Positions 22,443 through 34,754 of a DNA stretch of 64,000 nucleotides are shown in pieces (positions within the stretch are counted from its first letter, which is position 1; every line of letters starts with the position of its first letter). The stretch is taken from NCBI RefSeq assembly GCF_024700885.2, contig NZ_CP117016.1; one strand, 5' to 3'. This DNA is from Escherichia coli. GTDB taxonomy: Bacteria; Pseudomonadota; Gammaproteobacteria; Enterobacterales; Enterobacteriaceae. The translations under genes and the position numbers were made by a program. Below the pieces are notes generated by a model that was not told where the DNA came from, did not search any database, and worked only from the letters and a program-made list of their open reading frames with translations.

Positions 22443-23456
22443 ATGACGCAGCCATTGGTCGGAAAACAGATTCTCATTGTTGAAGATGAGCAGGTATTTC
22501 GCTCGCTTCTGGATTCGTGGTTTTCCTCATTGGGAGCGACAACGGTACTGGCGGCTGATGGGGTGGATGCCCTTGAGTTGCTGGGAGGTTTCACTCCAGA
22601 CCTGATGATATGTGATATCGCGATGCCACGAATGAACGGGCTTAAACTGCTGGAACATATACGCAACAGAGGTGACCAGACACCGGTTCTGGTGATATCT
22701 GCCACTGAAAATATGGCAGATATTGCCAAAGCGTTACGTCTGGGCGTTGAAGATGTTTTGCTGAAACCAGTTAAAGATCTGAATCGCTTGCGCGAGATGG
22801 TTTTTGCCTGTCTCTATCCCAGCATGTTTAATTCCCGCGTTGAGGAAGAGGAAAGGCTTTTTCGCGACTGGGATGCAATGGTTGATAACCCTGCCGCAGC
22901 GGCGAAATTATTACAGGAACTACAACCGCCGGTTCAGCAGGTGATTTCCCATTGCCGGGTTAATTATCGTCAATTGGTTGCCGCGGACAAACCCGGCCTG
23001 GTGCTTGATATTGCCGCACTTTCGGAAAACGATCTGGCATTTTATTGCCTTGATGTCACCCGAGCTGGACATAATGGCGTACTTGCTGCCTTGTTATTAC
23101 GCGCATTGTTTAACGGATTATTACAGGAACAGCTTGCACACCAAAATCAACGGTTGCCAGAGTTGGGCGCGTTATTGAAGCAGGTAAACCATTTACTCCG
23201 TCAGGCCAATCTGCCGGGGCAGTTTCCGCTATTAGTTGGCTATTATCATCGCGAACTGAAAAATCTCATTCTGGTTTCTGCGGGGCTGAATGCGACGTTA
23301 AATACCGGCGAACACCAGGTGCAAATCAGTAATGGTGTTCCGTTAGGCACTTTAGGTAACGCTTATTTGAATCAATTGAGCCAGCGATGCGATGCCTGGC
23401 AATGCCAAATATGGGGAACCGGTGGTCGGCTGCGCTTGATGTTGTCTGCAGAATGA
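22443..23456 (+). CDS. rssB: RpoS-degradation adaptor/response regulator RssB
   Basis: 337-aa ORF with N-terminal receiver domain (ILIVEDEQVFRSLL...); downstream of rssA. Confidence 0.85.
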   Translation: MTQPLVGKQILIVEDEQVFRSLLDSWFSSLGATTVLAADGVDALELLGGFTPDLMICDIAMPRMNGLKLLEHIRNRGDQTPVLVISATENMADIAKALRLGVEDVLLKPVKDLNRLREMVFACLYPSMFNSRVEEEERLFRDWDAMVDNPAAAAKLLQELQPPVQQVISHCRVNYRQLVAADKPGLVLDIAALSENDLAFYCLDVTRAGHNGVLAALLLRALFNGLLQEQLAHQNQRLPELGALLKQVNHLLRQANLPGQFPLLVGYYHRELKNLILVSAGLNATLNTGEHQVQISNGVPLGTLGNAYLNQLSQRCDAWQCQIWGTGGRLRLMLSAE

Positions 23457-23657
23457 GCAAACGATAACGCGGGCTAAATTTGCATTACCAGCTAATGTCG
23501 GCTGGTGGTACTATCGTCGCCATTCGTATAAGTAATTGTCTTAATTATGCTAACTCGCATCCTTTTCAGAACTTAGCCCCTTCGGGGTGCTGATATACTG
23601 GGATGCGATCCAGAAATATGAACACGTTCAAAACACGAACAGTCCAGGAGAATTTAA

Positions 23658-24566
23658 ATGGCTGCCATTAATACGAAAGTCAAAAAAGCCGTTATCCCCG
23701 TTGCGGGATTAGGAACCAGGATGTTGCCGGCGACGAAAGCCATCCCGAAAGAGATGCTGCCACTTGTCGATAAGCCATTAATTCAATACGTCGTGAATGA
23801 ATGTATTGCGGCTGGCATTACTGAAATTGTGCTGGTTACTCACTCATCTAAAAACTCTATTGAAAACCACTTTGATACCAGTTTTGAACTGGAAGCAATG
23901 CTGGAAAAACGTGTAAAACGTCAACTGCTTGATGAAGTGCAGTCTATTTGTCCGCCGCACGTGACTATTATGCAAGTTCGTCAGGGGCTGGCGAAAGGCC
24001 TGGGACACGCGGTATTGTGTGCTCACCCGGTAGTGGGTGATGAACCTGTGGCTGTTATTTTGCCTGACGTTATTCTGGATGAATATGAATCCGATTTGTC
24101 ACAGGATAACCTGGCAGAGATGATCCGCCGCTTTGATGAAACGGGTCATAGCCAGATCATGGTTGAACCGGTTGCTGATGTGACCGCATATGGCGTTGTG
24201 GATTGCAAAGGCGTTGAATTAGCGCCGGGTGAAAGCGTACCGATGGTTGGCGTGGTTGAAAAACCAAAAGCGGATGTTGCGCCGTCTAATCTCGCTATTG
24301 TGGGTCGTTACGTTCTTAGCGCGGATATTTGGCCGTTGCTGGCGAAAACACCTCCGGGTGCTGGTGATGAAATTCAGCTCACCGACGCAATTGATATGCT
24401 GATCGAAAAAGAAACGGTGGAAGCCTATCATATGAAAGGGAAGAGCCATGACTGCGGTAATAAATTAGGTTACATGCAGGCCTTCGTTGAATACGGAATT
24501 CGTCATAACACCCTTGGCACGGAATTTAAAGCCTGGCTTGAAGAAGAGATGGGCATTAAGAAGTAA
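23658..24566 (+). CDS. galU: UTP-glucose-1-phosphate uridylyltransferase
   Basis: 302-aa ORF with nucleotidyltransferase motif ([24 protein letters not shown]). Confidence 0.9.
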
Positions 24567-24589
24567 CTTCTGTATCGGTGTTATCCACG

Positions 24590-24622
24590 AAACGGCGTTG
24601 AGCAATCGACGCCGTTTTTTTA
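24590..24622 (+). terminator. Rho-independent terminator after galU
   Basis: aacggcgttgagcaatcgacgccgtt hairpin followed by TTTTTTT. Confidence 0.65.
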
Positions 24623-24660
24623 TAGCTTATTCTTATTAAATTGTCTTAAACCGGACAATA

Positions 24661-24689
24661 AAAAATCCCGCCGATGGCGGGATTTTAAG
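24661..24689 (-). terminator. Rho-independent terminator after hns
   Basis: On the minus strand, aaatcccgccatcggcgggattt hairpin followed by a T-run, immediately 3' of the hns stop. Confidence 0.6.
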
Positions 24690-24709
24690 CAAGTGTAATC
24701 TACAAAAGA

Positions 24710-25123
24710 TTATTGCTTGATCAGGAAATCGTCGAGGGATTTACCTTGCTCATCCATTGCTTTTTTGATTACAGCTGGAGTACGGCCCTGGCCAGTCCAG
24801 GTTTTAGTTTCGCCGTTTTCGTCAACGTAGCTATATTTTGCCGGACGCTGAGCACGTTTAGCTTTGGTGCCAGATTTAACGGCAGCAAGGCTATTCAGCA
24901 GTTCGTTCGGGTCAATACCGTCAGCGATCAGCATTTCGCGATATTGCTGCAGTTTACGAGTGCGCTCTTCAACTTCAGCAGCAGCCGCGCTTTCTTCTTC
25001 GCGACGTTCGTTAACAACAACTTCTAATTTTTCCAGCATTTCTTCCAGCGTTTCAAGTGTACATTCTCTTGCCTGCGCACGAAGAGTACGGATGTTGTTC
25101 AGAATTTTAAGTGCTTCGCTCAT
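24710..25123 (-). CDS. hns: Nucleoid-associated protein H-NS
   Basis: 137-aa [47 protein letters not shown]... with C-terminal [12 protein letters not shown]-binding motif. Confidence 0.95.
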
Positions 25124-25726
25124 TGTAGTAATCTCAAACTTATATTGGGGTGGTTTGTTGAGGTAATAATAGAGCCTTAAATTCAGTTGTGCAATAGCCA
25201 GGAATGTAAGGAATTCAAAATTGTTCTTTATTTTGTGCCGCCAATAAATATCTTTTCATAAAATTAGCCAGAAAAGACGCGGCATATAGCCCTATTTGCG
25301 CCGATGATTTCGCAGCACGTGAGGTTAAAACTTCCTGATTCATGTCACATTTTATGGGGAGATTATCGTAGGCTGACGACCTTTCAGTCTTCTGTATTAG
25401 TCGTGTTTACGAGAATTCCCTATTAAGCGAATGATGAAAAGTAGAACAGTCGCAATAAGAGCAGGGACTTAGTATTGCACTATCTCCAGGAGGTCAACAG
25501 AGGGCTATTACTTGCACAACAGGTTAAAGATTGTGAATAGTTACCAGCAGTCATTTACCCGCTTATAACAAGCGAGGCAGTTGTAATGATAGCTCAGAAG
25601 GATTATGCAAGGCTTCGTAAGGGAGAACGCATATACTACTTCTATGCATACTGTTGAGCTGAAAAACTGACGAATTATGATAAACTCCAGCCAACTTTAA
25701 TTCATATCATTGAGGGCCTGTGGCTG

Positions 25727-26344
25727 ATGGCACAGCTATATTTCTACTATTCCGCAATGAATGCGGGTAAGTCTACAGCATTGTTGCAATCTTCATACAA
25801 TTACCAGGAACGCGGCATGCGCACTGTCGTATATACGGCAGAAATTGACGATCGCTTTGGTGCCGGGAAAGTCAGTTCGCGTATAGGTTTGTCATCGCCT
25901 GCAAAATTATTTAACCAAAATTCATCATTATTTGATGAGATTCGTGCGGAACATGAACAGCAGGCAATTCATTGCGTACTGGTTGATGAATGCCAGTTTT
26001 TAACCAGACAACAAGTATATGAATTATCGGAGGTTGTCGATCAACTCGATATACCCGTACTTTGTTATGGTTTACGTACCGATTTTCGAGGTGAGTTATT
26101 TATTGGCAGCCAATACTTACTGGCATGGTCCGACAAACTGGTTGAATTAAAAACCATCTGTTTTTGTGGCCGCAAAGCAAGCATGGTGCTGCGTCTTGAT
26201 CAAGCAGGCAGACCTTATAACGAAGGTGAGCAGGTGGTTATTGGTGGTAATGAACGCTACGTTTCTGTATGCCGTAAACACTATAAAGAGGCGTTAGAAG
26301 TCGGCTCATTAACGGCTATTCAGGAAAGGCATCGCCACGATTAA
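25727..26344 (+). CDS. tdk: Thymidine kinase
   Basis: 205-aa ORF with P-loop ([10 protein letters not shown]) and C-terminal zinc-ribbon cysteines. Confidence 0.85.
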
Positions 26345-26602
26345 TAAGAATTTCTTTACTGACAGGGTGAGCAGGGCGCTTTTATCCTGTCAGTTCGTTT
26401 TACTCACTTCATCCGGTGTATATACCCTTCTCGACAGTTCTTTAACGCTACTATACCCCTCACAGAGCGCTTTACAGTGACGTTGACTTGTGACCTGTAA
26501 AGTACAATATCGCTGTGTGTAGGCGTTATACATCGCCGTAAATATGATGAAGGCAAATGCTGTCGGTTTATGGGAAAGTTGCTTTGGGTAAAACAAAAAA
26601 AC

Positions 26603-26627
26603 GGCCCCAGAAGGGACCGTTTATGTT
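26603..26627 (-). terminator. Rho-independent terminator after adhE
   Basis: On the minus strand, acggtcccttctggggccgt hairpin followed by TTTTTTT, just 3' of the adhE stop. Confidence 0.6.
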
Positions 26628-26645
26628 GCCAGACAGCGCTACTGA

Positions 26646-29321
26646 TTAAGCGGATTTCTTCGCTTTTTTCTCAGCTTTAGCCGGAGCGGCTTCTTTTTTC
26701 GCTGCAGTTTCACCTTCTACATAATCACGACCGTAGTAGGTATCCAGCAGAATCTGTTTCAGCTCGGAGATCAGTGGGTAACGCGGGTTAGCACCGGTGC
26801 ACTGGTCATCGAATGCATCTTCAGACAGTTTATCCACATTCGCCAGGAAGTCTGCTTCCTGAACGCCAGCTTCACGGATAGATTTCGGAATACCCAGTTC
26901 AGCTTTCAGCGTTTCCAGCCATGCCAGCAGTTTCTCGATCTTAGCAGCAGTACGGTCGCCCGGTGCGCTCAGACCCAGGTGGTCAGCAATTTCAGCATAA
27001 CGACGGCGAGCCTGCGGACGGTCATACTGGCTGAATGCAGTCTGCTTGGTCGGGTTGTCATTCGCGTTGTAGCGAATAACGTTACAAATCAGCAGGGCGT
27101 TTGCCAGACCGTGCGGAATATGGAACTGGGAACCCAGTTTGTGCGCCATTGAGTGACATACACCCAGGAAGGCGTTCGCAAACGCGATACCCGCGATAGT
27201 TGCTGCACTGTGAACACGTTCACGCGCTACCGGATTTTTAGATCCTTCGTGGTAGGACGCTGGCAGATATTCTTTCAGCAGTTTCAGCGCCTGCAGAGCC
27301 TGACCATCAGAGAACTCAGATGCCAGTACAGAAACATAAGCTTCCATGGCGTGAGTTACTGCGTCCAGACCACCGAAAGCACACAGGGACTTCGGCATGT
27401 CCATAACCAGGTTGGCATCGACAATCGCCATATCCGGGGTCAGCGCATAGTCTGCCAGCGGATATTTCTGACCAGTAGCGTCGTCAGTTACAACCGCAAA
27501 CGGAGTGACTTCAGAACCTGTACCAGAAGTGGTGGTGACAGCGATCATTTTCGCTTTCACGCCCATTTTCGGGAACTTGTAGATACGTTTACGGATATCC
27601 ATAAAGCGCAGCGCCAGTTCTTCGAAGTGAGTTTCCGGATGTTCGTACATGACCCACATGATCTTCGCGGCGTCCATCGGGGAACCACCACCCAGCGCGA
27701 TAATCACGTCTGGTTTGAAGGAGTTTGCCAGTTCTGCACCTTTACGAACGATGCTCAGGGTCGGGTCAGCTTCTACTTCGAAGAAGACTTCAGTTTCAAC
27801 GCCTGCTGCTTTCAGTACGGAAGTGATCTGATCAGCATAACCATTGTTGAACAGGAAGCGGTCAGTCACGATGAGCGCACGTTTGTGGCCATCAGTAATC
27901 ACTTCATCCAGCGCGATTGGCAGAGAGCCACGGCGGAAGTAGATAGATTTCGGAAGTTTGTGCCACAACATGTTTTCAGCTCGCTTAGCAACGGTTTTCT
28001 TGTTGATCAGGTGTTTCGGACCAACGTTTTCAGAGATGGAGTTACCACCCCAGGAACCACAACCCAGAGTCAGGGAAGGTGCGAGTTTGAAGTTATACAG
28101 GTCACCGATACCACCCTGAGAAGCCGGGGTGTTAATCAGGATACGAGCCGTTTTCATTTTCTGACCGAAGTAAGAAACGCGAGCCGGTTGGTTATCCTGG
28201 TCAGTGTACAGGCAAGAGGTATGACCGATACCGCCCATAGCTACCAGTTTCTCTGCTTTTTCTACCGCGTCTTCGAAATCTTTAGCGCGGTACATTGCCA
28301 GAGTTGGGGACAGTTTTTCATGTGCGAACGGTTCGCTTTCATCAACAACGGTCACTTCACCGATCAGAATCTTGGTGTTTTCTGGTACAGAGAAGCCTGC
28401 CAGTTCAGCAATTTTATAGGCTGGCTGACCAACGATAGCCGCGTTCAGCGCACCGTTTTTCAGGATAACATCCTGAACAGCTTTCAGCTCTTTACCCTGC
28501 AACAGATAGCCGCCGTGGGTTGCGAAACGTTCACGTACTGCGTCATAAACAGAGTCAACAACAACAACAGACTGTTCAGACGCACATATTACGCCGTTGT
28601 CGAAGGTTTTGGACATCAGCACAGATGCAACTGCACGTTTGATATCAGCAGTTTCATCGATAACAACTGGCGTGTTACCCGCGCCTACACCGATAGCTGG
28701 TTTACCGGAGCTGTATGCGGCTTTAACCATGCCCGGACCACCAGTCGCGAGGATCAGGTTGATGTCTGGGTGGTGCATCAGTGCGTTAGACAGTTCAACA
28801 GAAGGTTGATCGATCCAGCCGATCAGATCTTTCGGAGCACCGGCAGCGATAGCAGCCTGCAGAACGATATCAGCCGCTTTGTTGGTTGCATCTTTTGCAC
28901 GCGGGTGCGGGGAGAAGATAATGGCGTTACGGGTCTTCAGGCTGATCAGCGATTTGAAGATAGCAGTTGAAGTCGGGTTAGTGGTCGGAACGATACCGCA
29001 AATAATACCGATTGGTTCAGCGATAGTGATGGTACCAAAAGTGTCGTCTTCAGACAGAACACCACAGGTTTTTTCATCTTTATAGGCGTTATAGATATAT
29101 TCAGAAGCAAAGTGGTTTTTGATCACTTTATCTTCGACGATACCCATGCCGGATTCGGCAACGGCCATTTTCGCGAGTGGGATTCGAGCATCTGCAGCAG
29201 CCAGAGCGGCGGCGCGGAAGATTTTGTCTACTTGCTCTTGAGTGAAACTGGCATATTCACGCTGGGCTTTTTTTACACGCTCTACGAGTGCGTTAAGTTC
29301 AGCGACATTAGTAACAGCCAT
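26646..29321 (-). CDS. adhE: Bifunctional aldehyde/alcohol dehydrogenase AdhE
   Basis: 891-aa ORF: N-terminal aldehyde dehydrogenase and C-terminal Fe-alcohol dehydrogenase domains ([26 protein letters not shown]...). Confidence 0.95.
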
Positions 29322-29797
29322 AATGCTCTCCTGATAATGTTAAACTTTTTTAGTAAATCATCTGCTCGAATACGAGAGTATAGTCAGTGCGGTGATGATT
29401 TGCTTAACCGATGAAAATCAAAAGCTTACTCGCGCTCACACTCACTGTGATTTACTAAAAGAGTTTAAACATTAGAGTTATTATCTCTAATGCGTCACTT
29501 CCAGGTGGCGTAAGCAAGATTACTCACTTCTGGGTACTGATTACGTGATCCAAATCAAATTTTTGCAAAGCTGACACCTTTCAGCATCGCTTTTCGCCAT
29601 TATAGCTAACAGTTAATAAATTGTAGTATGATTTGTTGGCTACATTATCATGTTTTGCACAACTAGATAACAATAACGAATGATAGCAATTTTAAGTAGT
29701 TAGGAGGTGAAAAATGCTGTCAAAAGGCGTATTGTCAGCGCGTCTTTTTAACCTTATTTATGGCTAACATTATCCGGCTTTTGCTTCGGAGCTAACC

Positions 29798-30445
29798 GTG
29801 ATTCAGACCCTTTTTGATTTTCCCGTTTACTTCAAATTTTTCATCGGGTTATTTGCGCTGGTCAACCCGGTAGGGATTATTCCCGTCTTTATCAGCATGA
29901 CCAGTTATCAGACAGCGGCAGCGCGAAACAAAACGAACCTTACAGCCAACCTGTCTGTGGCTATTATCTTGTGGATCTCGCTTTTTCTCGGCGACACGAT
30001 TCTGCAACTTTTTGGTATATCAATTGATTCGTTCCGTATCGCCGGGGGCATCCTGGTGGTGACGATAGCGATGTCGATGATCAGCGGCAAGCTTGGCGAG
30101 GATAAACAGAACAAGCAAGAAAAATCAGAAACCGCGGTACGTGAAAGCATTGGTGTGGTGCCACTGGCGTTGCCGTTGATGGCGGGGCCAGGGGCGATCA
30201 GTTCTACCATCGTCTGGGGTACGCGTTATCACAGCATTAGCTATCTGTTTGGTTTCTTTGTGGCTATTGCATTGTTCGCTTTATGTTGCTGGGGATTGTT
30301 CCGCATGGCACCGTGGCTGGTACGGGTTTTACGCCAAACCGGCATCAACGTGATCACGCGTATTATGGGGCTATTGCTGATGGCATTGGGGATTGAATTT
30401 ATCGTTACTGGTATTAAGGGGATTTTCCCCGGCCTGCTTAATTAA
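29798..30445 (+). CDS. ychE: MarC-family integral membrane protein YchE
   Basis: 215-aa multi-TM ORF; position between adhE and oppA. Confidence 0.8.
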   Translation: MIQTLFDFPVYFKFFIGLFALVNPVGIIPVFISMTSYQTAAARNKTNLTANLSVAIILWISLFLGDTILQLFGISIDSFRIAGGILVVTIAMSMISGKLGEDKQNKQEKSETAVRESIGVVPLALPLMAGPGAISSTIVWGTRYHSISYLFGFFVAIALFALCCWGLFRMAPWLVRVLRQTGINVITRIMGLLLMALGIEFIVTGIKGIFPGLLN

Positions 30446-31182
30446 TTCCTTTCAAATGAAACGGAGCTGCCATGCTCCGTTTACTTCGTCATTATTTTTA
30501 CTTTGTACCCGCGCAGTTATCAAAAGCAAAAGGAATAGGTAAAAATATTCTTCTCAAATTACAGTTAGTTATAAGGATTTCCTTAACTGCTTCTCCTCAC
30601 CATCATGTTATTTTCGCCACATCATAATCCTGGGCTTGCTGAAGAATAATTGAAATGATATTAGTAATTCCACTGCCTTTGGTAGAGGAAAGTGCTAAAT
30701 AATAATCAATTGTTAAATTATTGTGCATTTCACTACTGGAACTGTAATCAGAAAAGAGAGACATGCTTAACCAATCTCTATTTGATTGAATTAAAAGATG
30801 TTTGTTAAGACATGGATGCAAGCTATAGATTCTGATACGGTCAATAAAAGAGAATTGCTTAACAATTTTGCAAAATGTATTGGCGAGTAAGAAGCGCATT
30901 TGGTACTTTCCGGGCAACCGCCAGACGATTCTTTATTGGTAATGAGAATAATTAACAATTAAAGAGCGTCGCGAAAGAATAATGTGTCTCGACAGGGGAG
31001 ACACAGTACGAATCGACATAAGGTGATCGTCTGAATCACCAGAATAAATAAAGTCGGTGATAGTAATACGTAACGATAAAGTAACCTGACAGCAGAAAGT
31101 CTCCGAGCCTGTGCAGGGTCCCAATCCGGGATTACACATGCTGGTTAATACCAGTAATTATAATGAGGGAGTCCAAAAAACA

Positions 31183-32814
31183 ATGACCAACATCACCAAG
31201 AGAAGTTTAGTAGCAGCTGGCGTTTTGGCTGCGCTTATGGCAGGGAATGTCGCGCTGGCAGCTGATGTACCCGCAGGCGTCACACTGGCGGAAAAACAAA
31301 CGCTGGTACGTAACAATGGTTCAGAAGTTCAGTCATTAGATCCGCACAAAATTGAAGGTGTTCCGGAGTCTAATATCAGCCGAGACCTGTTTGAAGGCTT
31401 ACTGGTTAGCGATCTTGACGGCCATCCGGAACCTGGCGTCGCTGAATCCTGGGATAATAAAGACGCGAAAGTCTGGACCTTCCATTTGCGTAAAGATGCG
31501 AAATGGTCTGATGGCACGCCAGTCACAGCACAAGACTTTGTGTATAGCTGGCAACGTTCTGTTGATCCGAACACTGCTTCTCCGTATGCCAGTTATCTGC
31601 AATATGGGCATATCGCCGGTATTGATGAAATTCTTGAAGGGAAAAAACCGATTACCGATCTCGGCGTGAAAGCTATTGATGATCACACACTAGAAGTTAC
31701 CTTAAGTGAACCCGTTCCGTACTTCTATAAATTACTTGTTCACCCATCAACTTCACCGGTGCCAAAAGCCGCTATCGAGAAATTCGGCGAAAAATGGACC
31801 CAGCCTGGTAATATCGTCACCAACGGTGCCTATACCTTAAAAGATTGGGTCGTAAACGAACGAATCGTTCTTGAACGCAGCCCGACCTACTGGAACAACA
31901 CGAAAACCGTTATTAACCAGGTAACCTATTTGCCTATTGCTTCTGAAGTTACCGATGTCAATCGCTACCGTAGTGGTGAAATCGACATGACTTATAACAA
32001 CATGCCGATCGAATTGTTCCAGAAGCTGAAAAAAGAGATCCCGGACGAAGTTCACGTTGATCCATACCTGTGCACTTATTATTACGAAATTAACAACCAG
32101 AAACCGCCATTTAACGATGTACGTGTGCGTACCGCACTGAAACTGGGTATGGACCGCGATATCATTGTTAATAAAGTGAAAGCGCAGGGCGACATGCCCG
32201 CCTATGGTTACACTCCACCGTATACTGATGGCGCAAAATTGACTCAGCCGGAATGGTTTGGCTGGAGCCAGGAAAAACGTAACGAAGAAGCGAAAAAACT
32301 GCTGGCTGAAGCGGGTTATACCGCAGACAAACCGTTAACCATCAACCTGTTGTATAACACCTCCGATCTGCATAAAAAGCTGGCGATTGCTGCCTCTTCA
32401 TTGTGGAAGAAAAACATTGGTGTAAACGTCAAACTGGTTAACCAGGAGTGGAAAACATTTCTCGACACCCGTCACCAGGGCACTTTTGATGTGGCCCGTG
32501 CAGGCTGGTGTGCAGACTACAACGAACCAACTTCCTTCCTGAACACCATGCTGTCGAACAGCTCGATGAATACCGCGCATTATAAGAGCCCGGCCTTTGA
32601 CAGCATTATGGCGGAAACGCTGAAAGCGACTGACGAGGCGCAGCGCACAGCTCTGTACACTAAAGCAGAACAACAGCTGGATAAGGATTCGGCCATTGTT
32701 CCTGTTTATTACTACGTGAATGCGCGTCTGGTGAAACCGTGGGTTGGTGGCTATACCGGCAAAGATCCGCTGGATAATACCTACACCCGGAATATGTACA
32801 TTGTGAAGCACTAA
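31183..32814 (+). CDS. oppA: Periplasmic oligopeptide-binding protein OppA
   Basis: ATG at 31183 after GAGGGA; MTNITKRSLVAAGVLAALMAGNVALA signal peptide; 543 aa, SBP family 5. Confidence 0.9.
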   Translation: MTNITKRSLVAAGVLAALMAGNVALAADVPAGVTLAEKQTLVRNNGSEVQSLDPHKIEGVPESNISRDLFEGLLVSDLDGHPEPGVAESWDNKDAKVWTFHLRKDAKWSDGTPVTAQDFVYSWQRSVDPNTASPYASYLQYGHIAGIDEILEGKKPITDLGVKAIDDHTLEVTLSEPVPYFYKLLVHPSTSPVPKAAIEKFGEKWTQPGNIVTNGAYTLKDWVVNERIVLERSPTYWNNTKTVINQVTYLPIASEVTDVNRYRSGEIDMTYNNMPIELFQKLKKEIPDEVHVDPYLCTYYYEINNQKPPFNDVRVRTALKLGMDRDIIVNKVKAQGDMPAYGYTPPYTDGAKLTQPEWFGWSQEKRNEEAKKLLAEAGYTADKPLTINLLYNTSDLHKKLAIAASSLWKKNIGVNVKLVNQEWKTFLDTRHQGTFDVARAGWCADYNEPTSFLNTMLSNSSMNTAHYKSPAFDSIMAETLKATDEAQRTALYTKAEQQLDKDSAIVPVYYYVNARLVKPWVGGYTGKDPLDNTYTRNMYIVKH

Positions 32815-32899
32815 TGGCAATACGTGGGGCAGGCGTGTCCTGCTCCACGGTGTCTGATTTTTATCGCATTACAGAAGGCACAGGCCAGAAGGTAGGGCA

Positions 32900-33820
32900 A
32901 TGTTAAAATTTATTCTACGTCGCTGTCTGGAAGCGATTCCGACGCTATTTATTCTTATTACTATTTCGTTCTTTATGATGCGCCTCGCGCCGGGAAGCCC
33001 TTTTACCGGCGAACGTACTTTACCGCCGGAAGTGATGGCCAATATCGAAGCGAAATATCATCTTAATGATCCGATCATGACACAGTATTTCAGCTACCTG
33101 AAACAACTGGCGCATGGCGATTTCGGTCCATCGTTTAAATATAAAGATTATTCGGTCAACGACCTGGTTGCATCCAGTTTTCCCGTTTCTGCCAAACTGG
33201 GAGCCGCAGCATTTTTCCTTGCGGTAATACTGGGTGTTAGTGCTGGCGTTATTGCCGCATTAAAACAAAACACCAAATGGGACTATACCGTGATGGGGCT
33301 GGCAATGACCGGGGTTGTTATCCCCAGTTTTGTGGTTGCGCCATTATTAGTCATGATATTTGCGATCATTTTGCATTGGCTGCCGGGCGGTGGCTGGAAT
33401 GGTGGGGCGCTTAAATTCATGATATTGCCGATGGTGGCGTTGTCACTCGCCTATATCGCCAGTATTGCGCGTATTACCCGTGGCTCTATGATTGAGGTTT
33501 TACACTCCAACTTTATTCGTACTGCCCGGGCGAAAGGGTTACCTATGCGGCGGATCATTTTACGCCACGCATTAAAACCTGCTCTGTTACCCGTGCTCTC
33601 CTATATGGGCCCCGCATTTGTCGGCATTATTACCGGTTCTATGGTTATCGAAACCATTTATGGTTTGCCGGGGATTGGGCAACTGTTCGTTAATGGCGCA
33701 TTGAACCGTGACTATTCCTTAGTGTTAAGCCTGACTATCCTGGTTGGTGCGTTAACCATTTTGTTTAATGCCATTGTCGATGTGCTATATGCGGTTATCG
33801 ACCCGAAAATCCGTTACTGA
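32900..33820 (+). CDS. oppB: Oligopeptide ABC transporter permease OppB
   Basis: 306-aa membrane ORF following oppA. Confidence 0.9.
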   Translation: MLKFILRRCLEAIPTLFILITISFFMMRLAPGSPFTGERTLPPEVMANIEAKYHLNDPIMTQYFSYLKQLAHGDFGPSFKYKDYSVNDLVASSFPVSAKLGAAAFFLAVILGVSAGVIAALKQNTKWDYTVMGLAMTGVVIPSFVVAPLLVMIFAIILHWLPGGGWNGGALKFMILPMVALSLAYIASIARITRGSMIEVLHSNFIRTARAKGLPMRRIILRHALKPALLPVLSYMGPAFVGIITGSMVIETIYGLPGIGQLFVNGALNRDYSLVLSLTILVGALTILFNAIVDVLYAVIDPKIRY

Positions 33821-33834
33821 TACTGGAGCTCGCG

Positions 33835-34743
33835 ATGATGTTAAGTAAGAAAAACAGCGAGACGCTGGAAAATTTCAGTGAAAAGCTGGAGGTCGAAGGG
33901 CGCAGCTTGTGGCAGGACGCACGTCGACGTTTTATGCATAACCGTGCGGCGGTTGTCAGTCTGATAGTGCTGGTGCTGATCGCGTTATTTGTAATCCTGG
34001 CACCGATGCTTTCGCAGTTTGCCTATGACGATACTGACTGGGCGATGATGTCCAGTGCCCCGGATATGGAGTCCGGTCACTACTTTGGTACTGACTCATC
34101 CGGTCGCGACCTGCTTGTGCGTGTTGCGATTGGCGGGCGTATCTCACTCATGGTCGGTGTTGCTGCGGCACTGGTGGCTGTGGTCGTCGGGACACTTTAT
34201 GGTTCGCTTTCCGGTTATCTGGGCGGTAAAGTGGATTCGGTAATGATGCGTCTGCTGGAAATCCTCAACTCCTTCCCATTCATGTTCTTCGTCATTTTGC
34301 TGGTGACCTTTTTCGGTCAAAACATCCTGCTGATTTTCGTGGCGATTGGCATGGTTTCCTGGCTGGATATGGCTCGTATTGTGCGTGGGCAAACCCTGAG
34401 TCTGAAGCGTAAAGAGTTTATTGAGGCGGCACAAGTTGGCGGTGTATCGACGTCGGGCATTGTTATTCGCCACATTGTGCCGAATGTACTCGGTGTGGTG
34501 GTGGTCTACGCATCACTTCTGGTGCCCAGCATGATCCTCTTTGAATCTTTCCTTAGCTTCCTGGGGTTGGGTACGCAAGAGCCGTTAAGCAGCTGGGGTG
34601 CATTGCTGAGTGATGGCGCGAACTCGATGGAAGTCTCTCCATGGTTATTGTTGTTCCCAGCGGGATTCCTCGTGGTGACACTGTTTTGTTTCAACTTTAT
34701 CGGCGATGGCTTGCGTGATGCCCTCGACCCGAAAGATCGTTAA
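33835..34743 (+). CDS. oppC: Oligopeptide ABC transporter permease OppC
   Basis: 302-aa membrane ORF following oppB. Confidence 0.9.
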   Translation: MMLSKKNSETLENFSEKLEVEGRSLWQDARRRFMHNRAAVVSLIVLVLIALFVILAPMLSQFAYDDTDWAMMSSAPDMESGHYFGTDSSGRDLLVRVAIGGRISLMVGVAAALVAVVVGTLYGSLSGYLGGKVDSVMMRLLEILNSFPFMFFVILLVTFFGQNILLIFVAIGMVSWLDMARIVRGQTLSLKRKEFIEAAQVGGVSTSGIVIRHIVPNVLGVVVVYASLLVPSMILFESFLSFLGLGTQEPLSSWGALLSDGANSMEVSPWLLLFPAGFLVVTLFCFNFIGDGLRDALDPKDR

Positions 34744-34754
34744 GGAGTGCAGCC

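Noticed and set aside
27153-28970. 605-aa plus-strand ORF antisense to adhE
   Set aside because: Shadow ORF inside adhE; low-complexity translation; adhE on the minus strand is certain.
30603-31139. Minus-strand ORFs (104 and 68 aa) in the long AT-rich oppA upstream region
   Set aside because: AT-rich regulatory DNA upstream of oppA; translations are low-complexity with no RBS; the region is known to be a long leader/promoter region in K-12.
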